A stretch of DNA of 64,000 nucleotides from Angustibacter luteus (GTDB lineage Bacteria; Actinomycetota; Actinomycetes; Actinomycetales; Angustibacteraceae). Of the stretch, positions 1-8,800 are shown in pieces. The notes under the pieces were generated by a model that saw only the letters and a list, made by a program, of their open reading frames with translations, was not told the origin of the DNA and searched no databases. Each line of letters opens with the position of its first letter. Positions within the stretch are counted from its first letter, which is position 1. Made by a program: the position numbers and the translations under genes. The stretch spans positions 372,001-436,000 of the forward strand of contig NZ_BAABFP010000007.1 of the NCBI RefSeq assembly GCF_039541115.1. Direction: 5' to 3'.

Positions 1-26
1 ATCCGGAGACGGCAGGCTGAACCCTC

Positions 27-1760
27 GTGCAGGACGAGTCGGATCGAGACCCGCTGCTCGTCGCCGTCGACGAGCTCCGCCGTGGTGTCGATGGGTTGCG
101 CCTGCCGCTCGACGTCGCAGGGGTCTCGGATGCCCGGGACGTTCGTCAGCAGCTGGTCGAGCAGCTGGACGACTACGTGCTGCCGCGCCTGCGCGCCCTG
201 GATGCCCCGCTGCTCGCCGTGGTCGGCGGCTCCACCGGAGCGGGCAAGTCCACGCTGGTGAACTCGGTGGTCGGGGCACCGTTGAGCGCATCCGGCGTGC
301 TGCGTCCGACCACCCGCTCGCCGGTGCTCGTGCACCACCCGGACGACGCCGCCGCCTTCGCCGACCCGCGGGTGCTTCCGTCGTTGCGACGGGTCACCGG
401 CGACGCCGGTTCCGTCGACTCCGTCGACGCGGCAGGGGCGGACGGCGCGGCCATCACCGCGGTGCGGCTGGCTGCGAGCGACGCCCTACCCGCTGGTCTG
501 GCCCTGCTCGACGCCCCGGACATCGACTCCGTCGTGACGGCGAACCGCGTGCTGGCGGCCCAGCTGATGGCCGCCGCGGACCTGTGGATCTTCGTGACCA
601 CGGCCGCGCGGTACGCAGACGCGGTGCCCTGGGACCTGCTGCTGGACGCGTCCGAGCGCGGCGCGTCGGTAGCGATCGTGCTGGACCGGGTGCCGCCCGA
701 GGCGATGAACGAGGTCCGCCTGCACCTGGCGCAGATGCTGCGCGAGCGCGGGCTGAAGTCCTCGCCGTTGTTCACCATCGCCGAGAGCGCCGTCGACGAC
801 GCCGGGCTGCTGGACCCCGAGGTCGTGCGGCCCGTCCGCTCCTGGCTGGTCGCGCTCGCCAAGGACGCCCAGGCTCGCCAGGTGGTGGTGCGCCGCACGC
901 TGAACGGCATCCTGCAGACCTTGCCGCTGCGCATCGAAGCCCTGACGGCAGCGGCCGAGGACCAGGACGCGGCCCGCAAGGCCCTGGCCCACGCGGCCGC
1001 GGAGGCCTATGGCGAGGCGCGCGAGGCCATCGTCGACGGACTGTCGGATGGGTCGATGCTGCGGGGGGAGGTGCTCGCCCGCTGGCAGGAGTTCGTCGGT
1101 ACCGGCGAGATGCTGCGCTCGCTGGAGGCTCGGGTCGGCCGGATCCGGGACCGGGTCGTGGCCGCGGTCAAGGGTCGGCCCGCGCCCGAGGTCGACCTCG
1201 AGGTCGCCCTGCAGACCGGTGTCGAGTCGCTGGTCACCGGCGAGGCCGAGCTGGCGGCGGCGAACGCCTGGCAGCGTTGGCGGCACCTCGACGGCGGCGC
1301 CGTGCTGGTGGCGGCCCACCCCGAGCTGGACTCCGCGTCCGCGGACCTGCACGAGCGGACGGCCCGGGCTACCCGCGACTGGCAGGGCTTCGTGCTGGAG
1401 CTGGTGGGCAGCGAGGGCAGCGACCGGCGCACGACCGCGCGGATGCTGTCGTACGGCGTGAACGGTCTCGGGGTCCTGCTGATGCTCGTCGTGTTCAGTC
1501 ACACCGCGGGCCTCTCGGGGGCGGAGGTGGGCATCGCCGGCGGCACCGCCCTGCTCGCGCAGCGCCTGCTCGAGGCCGTGTTCGGCGACCAGGCCGTCCG
1601 CGGCCTGGCGGCCCAGGCCCGCGCGGACCTCCTGACCCGGTGCGACATCCTGCTCGCTGACGAACGCGCTCGGTACGACCTCGCGCTGTCCGAGGTCGAG
1701 CCCGGCCCCGGGGCCGATGACCTCCGCAAGGCCCTCGCGAACGTGGAGGGCGCGCGATGA
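27..1760 (+). CDS. dynA: Bacterial dynamin-like GTPase (DynA-like)
   Basis: P-loop GGSTGAGKST, RPTT switch, DAPD G3 motif, long helical region and C-terminal hydrophobic hairpin; paired with a second GTPase and ssbB as in the Streptomyces dynAB-ssbB locus. Confidence 0.8.
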   Translation: MQDESDRDPLLVAVDELRRGVDGLRLPLDVAGVSDARDVRQQLVEQLDDYVLPRLRALDAPLLAVVGGSTGAGKSTLVNSVVGAPLSASGVLRPTTRSPVLVHHPDDAAAFADPRVLPSLRRVTGDAGSVDSVDAAGADGAAITAVRLAASDALPAGLALLDAPDIDSVVTANRVLAAQLMAAADLWIFVTTAARYADAVPWDLLLDASERGASVAIVLDRVPPEAMNEVRLHLAQMLRERGLKSSPLFTIAESAVDDAGLLDPEVVRPVRSWLVALAKDAQARQVVVRRTLNGILQTLPLRIEALTAAAEDQDAARKALAHAAAEAYGEAREAIVDGLSDGSMLRGEVLARWQEFVGTGEMLRSLEARVGRIRDRVVAAVKGRPAPEVDLEVALQTGVESLVTGEAELAAANAWQRWRHLDGGAVLVAAHPELDSASADLHERTARATRDWQGFVLELVGSEGSDRRTTARMLSYGVNGLGVLLMLVVFSHTAGLSGAEVGIAGGTALLAQRLLEAVFGDQAVRGLAAQARADLLTRCDILLADERARYDLALSEVEPGPGADDLRKALANVEGAR

Positions 1761-3454
1761 GCCGCCGCAAGCCCCGCCACGTCGGGGCGCCGAGCGCCAC
1801 GGACGTCGCGAACCGGGCGGCGGCCCTCGGCGACGCCCTCGACCACGCCGGGCACCGGATCGATGCCCACGCCGCTCGCGGCGGTCGCGAGCTGGTCGGC
1901 CGGGTGTCCGAGCGGATGAGGCTCAGCGCCGACCACACGGTCGTCGCGCTCGCCGGCGCGACCGGCAGCGGCAAGTCCAGCCTGTTCAACGCGCTCACGG
2001 GGCTGGACATCGCCACGGTCGGAGCCCGCCGTCCGACGACCTCCACCGCGACGGCGTGCGTGTACGGGGCCGAGCACGCCGATGCCCTGCTGGAATGGCT
2101 CGGGGTACCGCGCCAGCACCGGGTCAGCCACGAAAGCGCCCTGGACAGCGGCGACGAACGGCTGCAGGGCCTGGTCCTGCTCGACCTGCCGGACCACGAC
2201 TCCACCGAGCTGTCGCACCGCCTCGAGGTGGACCGCCTGGTCGAGCTCGTGGACGTGTTCGTCTGGGTCACCGACCCGCAGAAGTACGCCGACGCCGCGT
2301 TGCACCGCCGGTACCTGGCGCCCTTGGCCGGCCACGACGCGGTGACCGTGGTGGTGCTGAACCAGGCCGACCGGCTCACCCCGGAGGCGCTGGAGTCCTG
2401 CCGGCGCGACCTGCAGCGGCTCATTGCCGCGGACGGCCTCAACGACGTCGAGGTCCTGACCACCTCGGCCGTACTCGGCGACGGAGTCCCCGGGCTGCGT
2501 GAGGAGCTCGCCGCGGCCGTGGACCGGCGCAACGCGTGGTCGCAGCGGCTCTCGGCGGACCTGGACTCGATGGTCGTCCGGCTCCAGGACCAGGTGGCAG
2601 CGAAGGAACCCTCCGTGTCCCAGCTCACCGACGGCAGCGGGGTCGTGGACGCCCTGGCGGACGCCGCGGGTGTTCCCAGGGTCGTGCAGGCGGTCGAGCT
2701 GGCGTACCAGCGGGACGCCGGGCTCGCCGCGGGCTGGCCGTTCACCCGCTGGGCCAGGAGGTTCCGCCCGGACCCGTTGCGGCGCCTGCGGTTGCGGCCG
2801 GGGAGTGGCTCGGGGGGCGCAGCCAGCGGCTCAGGCCGTGACCCCGGACGGGACGCGGGCGCGCTCCAGGTCGACGCAGATCTCGTGAGGTCGTCGTTGC
2901 CCCCGGCGAGCGCGGGCCAGCGCACCAAGGTCGAGGTGGCGCTGCGTCGCGTCGGTGAGCGCGCGGCCGAGGGCCTGCCCGAGCCGTGGGCCGATGCGGC
3001 GCGGGCGGCTGCCGTGCCCTCGCCGCAGGACCTGCGCGACGCCGCCGACCAGGCCGTGGTCTCGACGGACCTCGGTCTGCGCCGACCCGCCTGGTGGCGG
3101 GTGGTCGGCGCGCTGCAGCTGCTGCTCGCACTGGCCGCAGTCGTGGGTCTGGTCTGGCTGGTGGCGCTCGCGATCACCGGCTGGCTGAAGCTGCCGGAGC
3201 CCGGCACGCCGTACCTGGGAGCGATCCCGGTGCCCACGCTCATGCTGCTCGGTGGCCTGCTGATCGGCTTCCTCCTCGGGATCGTGGTGCGGGTCGTGGC
3301 GGGATCGGCCGCCCGACGGCGGGGCCAGCGCGCCCGGGACCGGCTGACGGTCGCCCTGCGGGCCGTCGTGGACCAACGCGTCGTCCAGCCCGCGGCAGCG
3401 GTGCTTGCGGACCACCGTGCCACCCGCGAGGCGCTGCAGCGGATCAGCTCCTGA
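1757..3454 (+). CDS. dynB: Second dynamin-like/YfjP-family GTPase (DynB-like) with two C-terminal TM helices
   Basis: GATGSGKSS, RRPTT, DLPDHDS, DPQKYAD, NQAD motifs; ATGA overlap with the upstream gene. Confidence 0.8.
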   Translation: MSRRKPRHVGAPSATDVANRAAALGDALDHAGHRIDAHAARGGRELVGRVSERMRLSADHTVVALAGATGSGKSSLFNALTGLDIATVGARRPTTSTATACVYGAEHADALLEWLGVPRQHRVSHESALDSGDERLQGLVLLDLPDHDSTELSHRLEVDRLVELVDVFVWVTDPQKYADAALHRRYLAPLAGHDAVTVVVLNQADRLTPEALESCRRDLQRLIAADGLNDVEVLTTSAVLGDGVPGLREELAAAVDRRNAWSQRLSADLDSMVVRLQDQVAAKEPSVSQLTDGSGVVDALADAAGVPRVVQAVELAYQRDAGLAAGWPFTRWARRFRPDPLRRLRLRPGSGSGGAASGSGRDPGRDAGALQVDADLVRSSLPPASAGQRTKVEVALRRVGERAAEGLPEPWADAARAAAVPSPQDLRDAADQAVVSTDLGLRRPAWWRVVGALQLLLALAAVVGLVWLVALAITGWLKLPEPGTPYLGAIPVPTLMLLGGLLIGFLLGIVVRVVAGSAARRRGQRARDRLTVALRAVVDQRVVQPAAAVLADHRATREALQRISS

Positions 3455-3457
3455 CCG

Positions 3458-3516
3458 CTGTGGACGGTGGGGTTGCGCCGCATCCTGTGGATGAGGGTGC
3501 GTCCCACCGTCCACAG
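3458..3516. promoter_or_regulatory. 14-bp inverted repeat carrying DnaA-box-like motifs upstream of ssbB
   Basis: CTGTGGACGGTGGG (3458-3471) / CCCACCGTCCACAG (3503-3516) plus internal TGTGGATGA (3486-3494); resembles TT(A/G)TCCACA. Confidence 0.6.
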
Positions 3517-3601
3517 GTGTCACGCGTCCCCTTTCCCGGTGGCTGTCGAGTCCGGAAACGTCGGCACCCGCGGCACCCGGCCGCGACGGAGGAGGACCGA
3601 T

Positions 3602-4081
3602 AACGAGATCATCACGACCATCTGCGGCAACGTGGCCACCGATCCCAAGAGCAGCACGACCGCCAAGGGGCAGACGCTGACCAGCTTCCGGTTGGCGTCC
3701 ACGCCGCGGAAGTTCGACCAGGAGGTCCAGGGGTACGTCGACGGTGAGACCACCTGGGTCAACGTGAGCTGCTGGGGTTCGCTCGCGCTCAACGCGGACC
3801 GGTCGCTGCGCAAGGGGCAGCCGGTCGTGGTCACCGGAGCCCTGCGCGGTCGGGAGTGGCAGTCGGAGGACGGCCGGTCGGGCAAGGACTTCGAGCTGAA
3901 CGCGCACACCCTGGGGCACGACCTGCGTCGGGGCTGCGCGGACTTCCAGAAGGTGAGCCGGGCCGGTCACGAGCGCCGACCGGTCGCCCCGGTCGACGAG
4001 GGGCGGACCCCCGCGGGGGAGCTGATGGCCGAGCCGGTGGCCGACGGCGAGGAGCGGGAGGTGCTGGCCGCCACCGCCTAG
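3602..4081 (+). CDS. ssbB: Single-stranded DNA-binding protein paralog (SsbB type); canonical start codon not found
   Basis: OB-fold NEIITTICGNVATDP...FRLASTPR...LRKGQPVVVTG...GHDL; no acidic PF tail; RBS GGAGGAGG at 3588-3595. Confidence 0.8.
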   Translation, partial: NEIITTICGNVATDPKSSTTAKGQTLTSFRLASTPRKFDQEVQGYVDGETTWVNVSCWGSLALNADRSLRKGQPVVVTGALRGREWQSEDGRSGKDFELNAHTLGHDLRRGCADFQKVSRAGHERRPVAPVDEGRTPAGELMAEPVADGEEREVLAATA

Positions 4082-4154
4082 CCCTGCACCACGTCGTGCG
4101 TGCCTGCGGTGCGTGTGGTCAGCCAGGTCCGTGGGGCCGGATAGCCTAGGGGGC

Positions 4155-5831
4155 ATGCCCGAGTTCATCTACACCATGACCAAAGCGCGCAAGGCCCACG
4201 GCGAGAAGGTCATCCTCGACGACGTGACGATGTCGTTCTACCCCGGCGCCAAGATCGGCGTCGTGGGGCCGAACGGCGCCGGCAAGTCGACGATCCTCAA
4301 GATCATGGCGGGGCTCGACCAGCCCTCGAACGGCGAGGCCAGGCTGAGCCCCGGCTACAGCGTCGGCATCCTGCTGCAGGAGCCGCCGCTGAACGAGGAG
4401 AAGACCGTCCTCGGCAACGTGGAGGAGGGCGCCGGCGAGATCAAGGCGGCCCTCGACCGCTACAACGCGATCGCCGCCGAGATGGCCGAGAACTACTCGG
4501 ACGCGCTGATGGAGGAGATGGGCACCCTCCAGGAGCAGATCGACGCCGCGGACGCGTGGGACCTCGACAGCCAGCTCGAGCAGGCGATGGACGCGCTGCG
4601 GTGCCCGCCGCCGGACGCTGACGTCACCGTGCTGTCCGGCGGCGAGCGCCGCCGGGTCGCGCTGTGCAAGCTGCTGCTGCAGAAGCCCGACCTTCTCCTG
4701 CTCGACGAGCCCACGAACCACCTGGACGCCGAGAGCGTGCAGTGGCTCGAGCAGCACCTGGCTGCGTACGCGGGTGCCGTACTCGCCGTCACGCACGACC
4801 GGTACTTCCTGGACAACGTCGCCGAGTGGATCGCCGAGGTCGACCGCGGCCGGCTGTACCCCTACCAGGGCAACTACTCGACGTACCTGGAGAAGAAGGC
4901 CGAGCGACTGCAGGTCCAGGGCAAGAAGGACGCCAAGACCGCCAAGCGGCTCAAGGAAGAGCTCGAGTGGGTGCGGTCCAACGCCAAGGGTCGCCAGACC
5001 AAGTCGAAGGCCCGCCTGGCCCGGTACGAGGAGATGGCGTCCGAGGCCGAGCGCACCCGCAAGCTCGACTTCGAGGAGATCCAGATCCCGGCCGGCCCGC
5101 GGCTCGGCAGCGTCGTCATCGAGGCCGCCTCGCTGCGCAAGGGGTTCGACGACCGGATCCTGATCAACGACCTGTCGTTCACGTTGCCCCGCAACGGGAT
5201 CGTCGGTGTCATCGGCCCGAACGGCGTCGGCAAGACCACCCTGTTCAAGACGATCGTGGGCCTCGAGCCGATCGACAGCGGCGACCTCAAGATCGGCGAG
5301 ACGGTCAAGATCTCGTACGTCGACCAGAGCCGTGGCGGCATCGACCCGAAGAAGAACGTGTGGGAGGTCGTCAGCGACGGCTTGGACTACATGAAGGTCG
5401 GCAACGTCGAGATCCCCTCGCGCGCCTACGTGTCGACGTTCGGGTTCAAGGGTCCGGACCAGCAAAAGGCGGCCGGTGTGCTGTCCGGCGGCGAGCGCAA
5501 CCGGCTGAACCTGGCGCTGACCCTCAAGCAGGGCGGCAACCTGCTGCTGCTCGACGAACCCACGAACGACCTGGACGTCGAGACCCTCGGCTCGCTGGAG
5601 AACGCGCTCCTGGAGTTCCCCGGCTGCGCCGTCGTGATCAGCCACGACCGGTGGTTCCTGGACCGGGTGGCCACGCACATCCTCGCCTACGAGGGCGACG
5701 ACGCGGACCCCTCGAAGTGGTACTGGTTCGAGGGCAACTACGAGTCCTACGAGGCGAACAAGGTCGAGCGGCTGGGTGCCGACGCTGCGCGTCCGCACCG
5801 CGTCACGTACCGCAAGCTCACCCGCGACTGA
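4155..5831 (+). CDS. ettA: Energy-dependent translational throttle ABC-F protein
   Basis: MPEFIYTM start, two ABC domains (GPNGAGKST, GPNGVGKTT, LSGGE x2), C-terminal PHRVTYRKLTR; TAGCCT 7 nt before ATG. Confidence 0.95.
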   Translation: MPEFIYTMTKARKAHGEKVILDDVTMSFYPGAKIGVVGPNGAGKSTILKIMAGLDQPSNGEARLSPGYSVGILLQEPPLNEEKTVLGNVEEGAGEIKAALDRYNAIAAEMAENYSDALMEEMGTLQEQIDAADAWDLDSQLEQAMDALRCPPPDADVTVLSGGERRRVALCKLLLQKPDLLLLDEPTNHLDAESVQWLEQHLAAYAGAVLAVTHDRYFLDNVAEWIAEVDRGRLYPYQGNYSTYLEKKAERLQVQGKKDAKTAKRLKEELEWVRSNAKGRQTKSKARLARYEEMASEAERTRKLDFEEIQIPAGPRLGSVVIEAASLRKGFDDRILINDLSFTLPRNGIVGVIGPNGVGKTTLFKTIVGLEPIDSGDLKIGETVKISYVDQSRGGIDPKKNVWEVVSDGLDYMKVGNVEIPSRAYVSTFGFKGPDQQKAAGVLSGGERNRLNLALTLKQGGNLLLLDEPTNDLDVETLGSLENALLEFPGCAVVISHDRWFLDRVATHILAYEGDDADPSKWYWFEGNYESYEANKVERLGADAARPHRVTYRKLTRD

Positions 5832-5844
5832 GCCCCTCGCCGCA

Positions 5845-5893
5845 CGAAGCGACCCACCCGCCGAGCTGGCTGCTCGGGGGGTGGGTCGCTTCG
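5845..5893. terminator. Long GC-rich hairpin between convergent genes, likely bidirectional terminator
   Basis: CGAAGCGACCCACCCGCCGAGC / GCTCGGGGGGTGGGTCGCTTCG. Confidence 0.75.
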
Positions 5894-5903
5894 CGTCCGG
5901 GAC

Positions 5904-6578
5904 TCAGAGGTCGGCGGGCCGCAGCACGAAGCTGATGCCGTGCGCGATCTGCACGTTCCCCTTGTTGATGTCCAGCTTGCCGGGCACCAGGAACGGGTTG
6001 ATGTCGTTGCGGTCGTTGTCGACGAGCTGGACGATGCCGAACCACCGGCTGAGGACGTCGACCTTGAACGTGGCGCCCGGCAGCGCGGTCTGCAGGACCG
6101 CCCCGTCGGAGCGCAGCGCCTGCTTCGCCGTGATCGTGGCGCCCGGCACCACGTGGTAGAGCAGGACGGCCTCGATGGTGTCGATGCCCAGCGTGGCGGC
6201 GGCCGCGAAGACCTGCGCCTCGGCGCGGTACCAGTGCCCGGTCAGGTCAGCCACGAGCACCTGGAAGGCGCGGTCGGTGGGCAGGAACGCGGTCAGCGGC
6301 ACCGTGCCGTCGGCCAGGACCGCGACGGGACTGGACGGCTTCGCGGCCAGCACCGCCCCGACGGCGGCGTCCACGATGTCGAAGTCCGACCAGTTGCGGT
6401 CGAACGAGTGCCCGTCGGCCGCCAGCACGGCGGCGAGGCTGTTCGTGCCCAGCGCGGCCGACGTGGGCCGGGCGCGGTGCTGGGTCGAGGCGCTCGCCGA
6501 CGGAGCGACGGCGAGGGCGGTCGCGCCGAGCAGGGCTGCGGCGACGACAGAGGTGATGGAGCGGCGGATCACGGACAC
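5904..6578 (-). CDS. Secreted fasciclin (FAS1) domain protein, MPT70/83-like
   Basis: Signal peptide; LTAFLPTDRAF, VLLYHVVPG and IAHGISFVL FAS1 motifs; GGAGG RBS before GTG 6578. Confidence 0.85.
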   Translation of the reverse strand: MSVIRRSITSVVAAALLGATALAVAPSASASTQHRARPTSAALGTNSLAAVLAADGHSFDRNWSDFDIVDAAVGAVLAAKPSSPVAVLADGTVPLTAFLPTDRAFQVLVADLTGHWYRAEAQVFAAAATLGIDTIEAVLLYHVVPGATITAKQALRSDGAVLQTALPGATFKVDVLSRWFGIVQLVDNDRNDINPFLVPGKLDINKGNVQIAHGISFVLRPADL

Positions 6579-6640
6579 GTTGCCTCCCGAGCAGGGACCC
6601 CGCGTCGTTGCGGGGTCTGGGGTGTTCCGGTCGACCCCTC

Positions 6641-6707
6641 TTCGGCCCGGACGGCTGGCGCGGTTGCATCGCTCCGCACTGCAACCGGTCGCGCCCCCCG
6701 GTACGAA
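6641..6707. promoter_or_regulatory. Two divergent ECF-type promoters GCAACC-N17-CGAA
   Basis: Minus strand 6667-6641 (toward fasciclin) and plus strand 6681-6707 (toward sigma gene), same boxes and same spacing. Confidence 0.75.
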
Positions 6708-6716
6708 GTAGCCATC

Positions 6717-7277
6717 GTGGAGGTGGTGGACGCGCTGGGGCCTCGGCTGGCCAGCGGAGACGAGGCAGCGCTTGAGGAGTGCTACGCCCTGATCGGTCCC
6801 ACGGTGCTCGCCTACCTGCGCCGGCACGTCGGCCAGGACGAGGCCGAGGACGTGCTGCAGAGGACGTTCCTGGATGTCTGGCGCGGCTCGAACCGGTACG
6901 ACCCGCGGCAGAGCCTGTCGGGCTGGGTGTTCACGATCGCTCGTCGGCGGGCCATCGACACGTTGCGGGGTCGGCACCCCACGGTGGTCAGCGTCGACGT
7001 CCTGCGTGACCTGGTCGGCGAGGACGGCCGCGAGATCGCCGAGCGGTTCGCCTGGGCGGCGGACCTGCGGGCCGCGATGAGCCGCCTGCCGGACGCCCAG
7101 CGCCAGGCCCTCGAGATGGCCTACTTCGAGGACCGCACGCAACGAGACATCGCCCAGGTGCTCGACGTCCCGCTCGGCACGGTGAAGGCCAGAATGGCCC
7201 GCGGGACCAAGGCACTCGGGGAGCTGCTGACGCAGGACGACCCGCCGGCGATGGAGAGGGGAGGTGAGCTCGAGTGA
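6717..7277 (+). CDS. ECF sigma factor, SigK-like
   Basis: Region 2 AEDVLQRTFLDVW...WVFTIARRRAID; region 4 LPDAQRQALEMAYF...PLGTVKAR. Confidence 0.9.
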   Translation: MEVVDALGPRLASGDEAALEECYALIGPTVLAYLRRHVGQDEAEDVLQRTFLDVWRGSNRYDPRQSLSGWVFTIARRRAIDTLRGRHPTVVSVDVLRDLVGEDGREIAERFAWAADLRAAMSRLPDAQRQALEMAYFEDRTQRDIAQVLDVPLGTVKARMARGTKALGELLTQDDPPAMERGGELE

Positions 7278-7945
7278 GCCACGAGCTGTCGGACCAGGAC
7301 CTGCTCGCGCTGCTGCGCGGGGAGCTGGACCGCGCCAGGACGCGGGACGTCGTGCAGCACCTGCGCGAGTGCGAGACCTGTCGCTCGGAGCTCGTCGAGG
7401 TCGCCGCCGTGCACGGCCCGCTCACCGCGGTCGCCCGCCTGCTGCGCACCGAACCGACCCCCGAGGTCGCGGCCGCGCCGCTGCCGGCACTCGACGTCCG
7501 GCGGCACCGCCGGTTCCCGGTCTGGCTGGCCGCCTGCGCGGCGGCCGTCGTGGTCCTGGTCTGCGGAGCTGTCGGGATCGACCGGTGGCAGGGTGGCGAC
7601 GAGGCCGTCCCGACGTCCAGGACCGTTGCGCTGCAACCGGTCACCGGGGAGGGTACGGGCGAGGTCAGCATGTCCGGGACCGCGACGGACGACGACCTGA
7701 CCCGGATGCGGATCACCACCGCCGGGCTCGCACCGGCCGGGGCCGGGCACTTCTACTACGCGTGGCTGCTGGACCCGGTCACCAACAAGATGCTGCCGCT
7801 CGGCGTCGTCTCGCCCGACGGCTCGACCCGGTTCGACGTCTCCGACGACCTGGTCAGCCGCTACCACGCCGTCGACATCAGCCTGCAGGACGACGACGGG
7901 AACCCCGCGCACTCCGCGACCTCGGTGCTGCGCGCCGGCTACTGA
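7274..7945 (+). CDS. Anti-sigma factor, RskA-like, with zinc-binding ZAS motif
   Basis: HLRECETC (HxxxCxxC), one TM helix, C-terminal YYAWL...VDISLQ...HSATSVL; GTGA overlap with the sigma gene. Confidence 0.85.
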   Translation: MSHELSDQDLLALLRGELDRARTRDVVQHLRECETCRSELVEVAAVHGPLTAVARLLRTEPTPEVAAAPLPALDVRRHRRFPVWLAACAAAVVVLVCGAVGIDRWQGGDEAVPTSRTVALQPVTGEGTGEVSMSGTATDDDLTRMRITTAGLAPAGAGHFYYAWLLDPVTNKMLPLGVVSPDGSTRFDVSDDLVSRYHAVDISLQDDDGNPAHSATSVLRAGY

Positions 7946-7967
7946 CCGCCGCGCAGCACCCGGTGGG

Positions 7968-8447
7968 TCAGCGGACCCGGCCGTACCGCACGTGCGACGT
8001 CCACAGCGGGACCTTCTTGACCCGCTTGCCGGGCCGCGGCGCGTGCCAGACCTTGCCGTGGCCGGCGTAGATGGCCACGTGGTAGACGTGCTTGCCGTGG
8101 AAGAAGAACACCAGGTCCCCGGCTCGCCGTGAGGTCTTGCGGATGTGTGCGGTGGCGTTCCACTGACCCTGGGCCGTGCGGGGCAGCCGCTTGCCGACCT
8201 TGAGGTAGCTCCAGCGGGTCAGGCCGGAGCAGTCGAACGCCTTGGGGCCCTGGGACCCGTGGTGGTACCTGGCGCCCTTGCGGGTCGCCGCCACCTTGAC
8301 GGCGTGCATGCCCACGGAGGCGGAGACCGCGGCGTCCGCGGAGCTGCTGCTCAGGGCAGCCAGGGGGATCGCCAGCCCGACGGCCACCGCAGCGCCGATG
8401 ACGAGCCGGAAGAGGGCAGGATGAATCACGCGACGGGTCGCGGTCAT
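7968..8447 (-). CDS. Secreted NlpC/P60 (C40) cell-wall peptidase
   Basis: Signal peptide; FDCSGL, LPRTAQGQ, GDLVFF, HVAIYAG motifs. Confidence 0.9.
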   Translation of the reverse strand: MTATRRVIHPALFRLVIGAAVAVGLAIPLAALSSSSADAAVSASVGMHAVKVAATRKGARYHHGSQGPKAFDCSGLTRWSYLKVGKRLPRTAQGQWNATAHIRKTSRRAGDLVFFFHGKHVYHVAIYAGHGKVWHAPRPGKRVKKVPLWTSHVRYGRVR

Positions 8448-8458
8448 GGGTACTCCAG

Positions 8459-8667
8459 GTCAGCGCCTGCGAAGCGGGACCTGTCGGGGTCGGGGACCTG
8501 TTCCCCGGTCCACCGTCTGCGAGCCTCGACCTGCGAGGTTCCAGCGGTGTCCTTACCCCCAAGAGCTGCCATGGTGCACGGCCGCTCGAACTACCTGGGC
8601 GCTCCGTACCTGCCACCAACGCGTCGTGTAGACGACTCCCTGGTGCCGTGACAGGTCTCGGCGTGAC
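8459..8667 (-). ncRNA. c-di-AMP (ydaO/yuaA)-type riboswitch, divergent copy
   Basis: Minus strand: GUCACGCC/GGCGCUGAC closing stem, CCUGUCAC/GUGGCAGG, CCCAGG/CUUGGG, GGGGA/UCCCC, CCCGACAG...GCAGGCG; directly upstream of a cell-wall hydrolase. Confidence 0.75.
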
Positions 8668-8800
8668 ACCAGGCGCCCCGTCGTCTGACGAGGGCTTGCA
8701 GGTGTCATCGGCGGCGCCGGGCGATCGCTGAAGCCTTTGTGGTCGAGGTCACCTCGAAGTCGACCGGTTCGGAGTAGCGGGGTTGAGCACGAATCCGTGC

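Noticed and set aside
27..3454. GTPase pair as an anti-phage defence system
   Set aside because: It lies in the conserved dynAB-ssbB-ettA backbone with no defence-island context.
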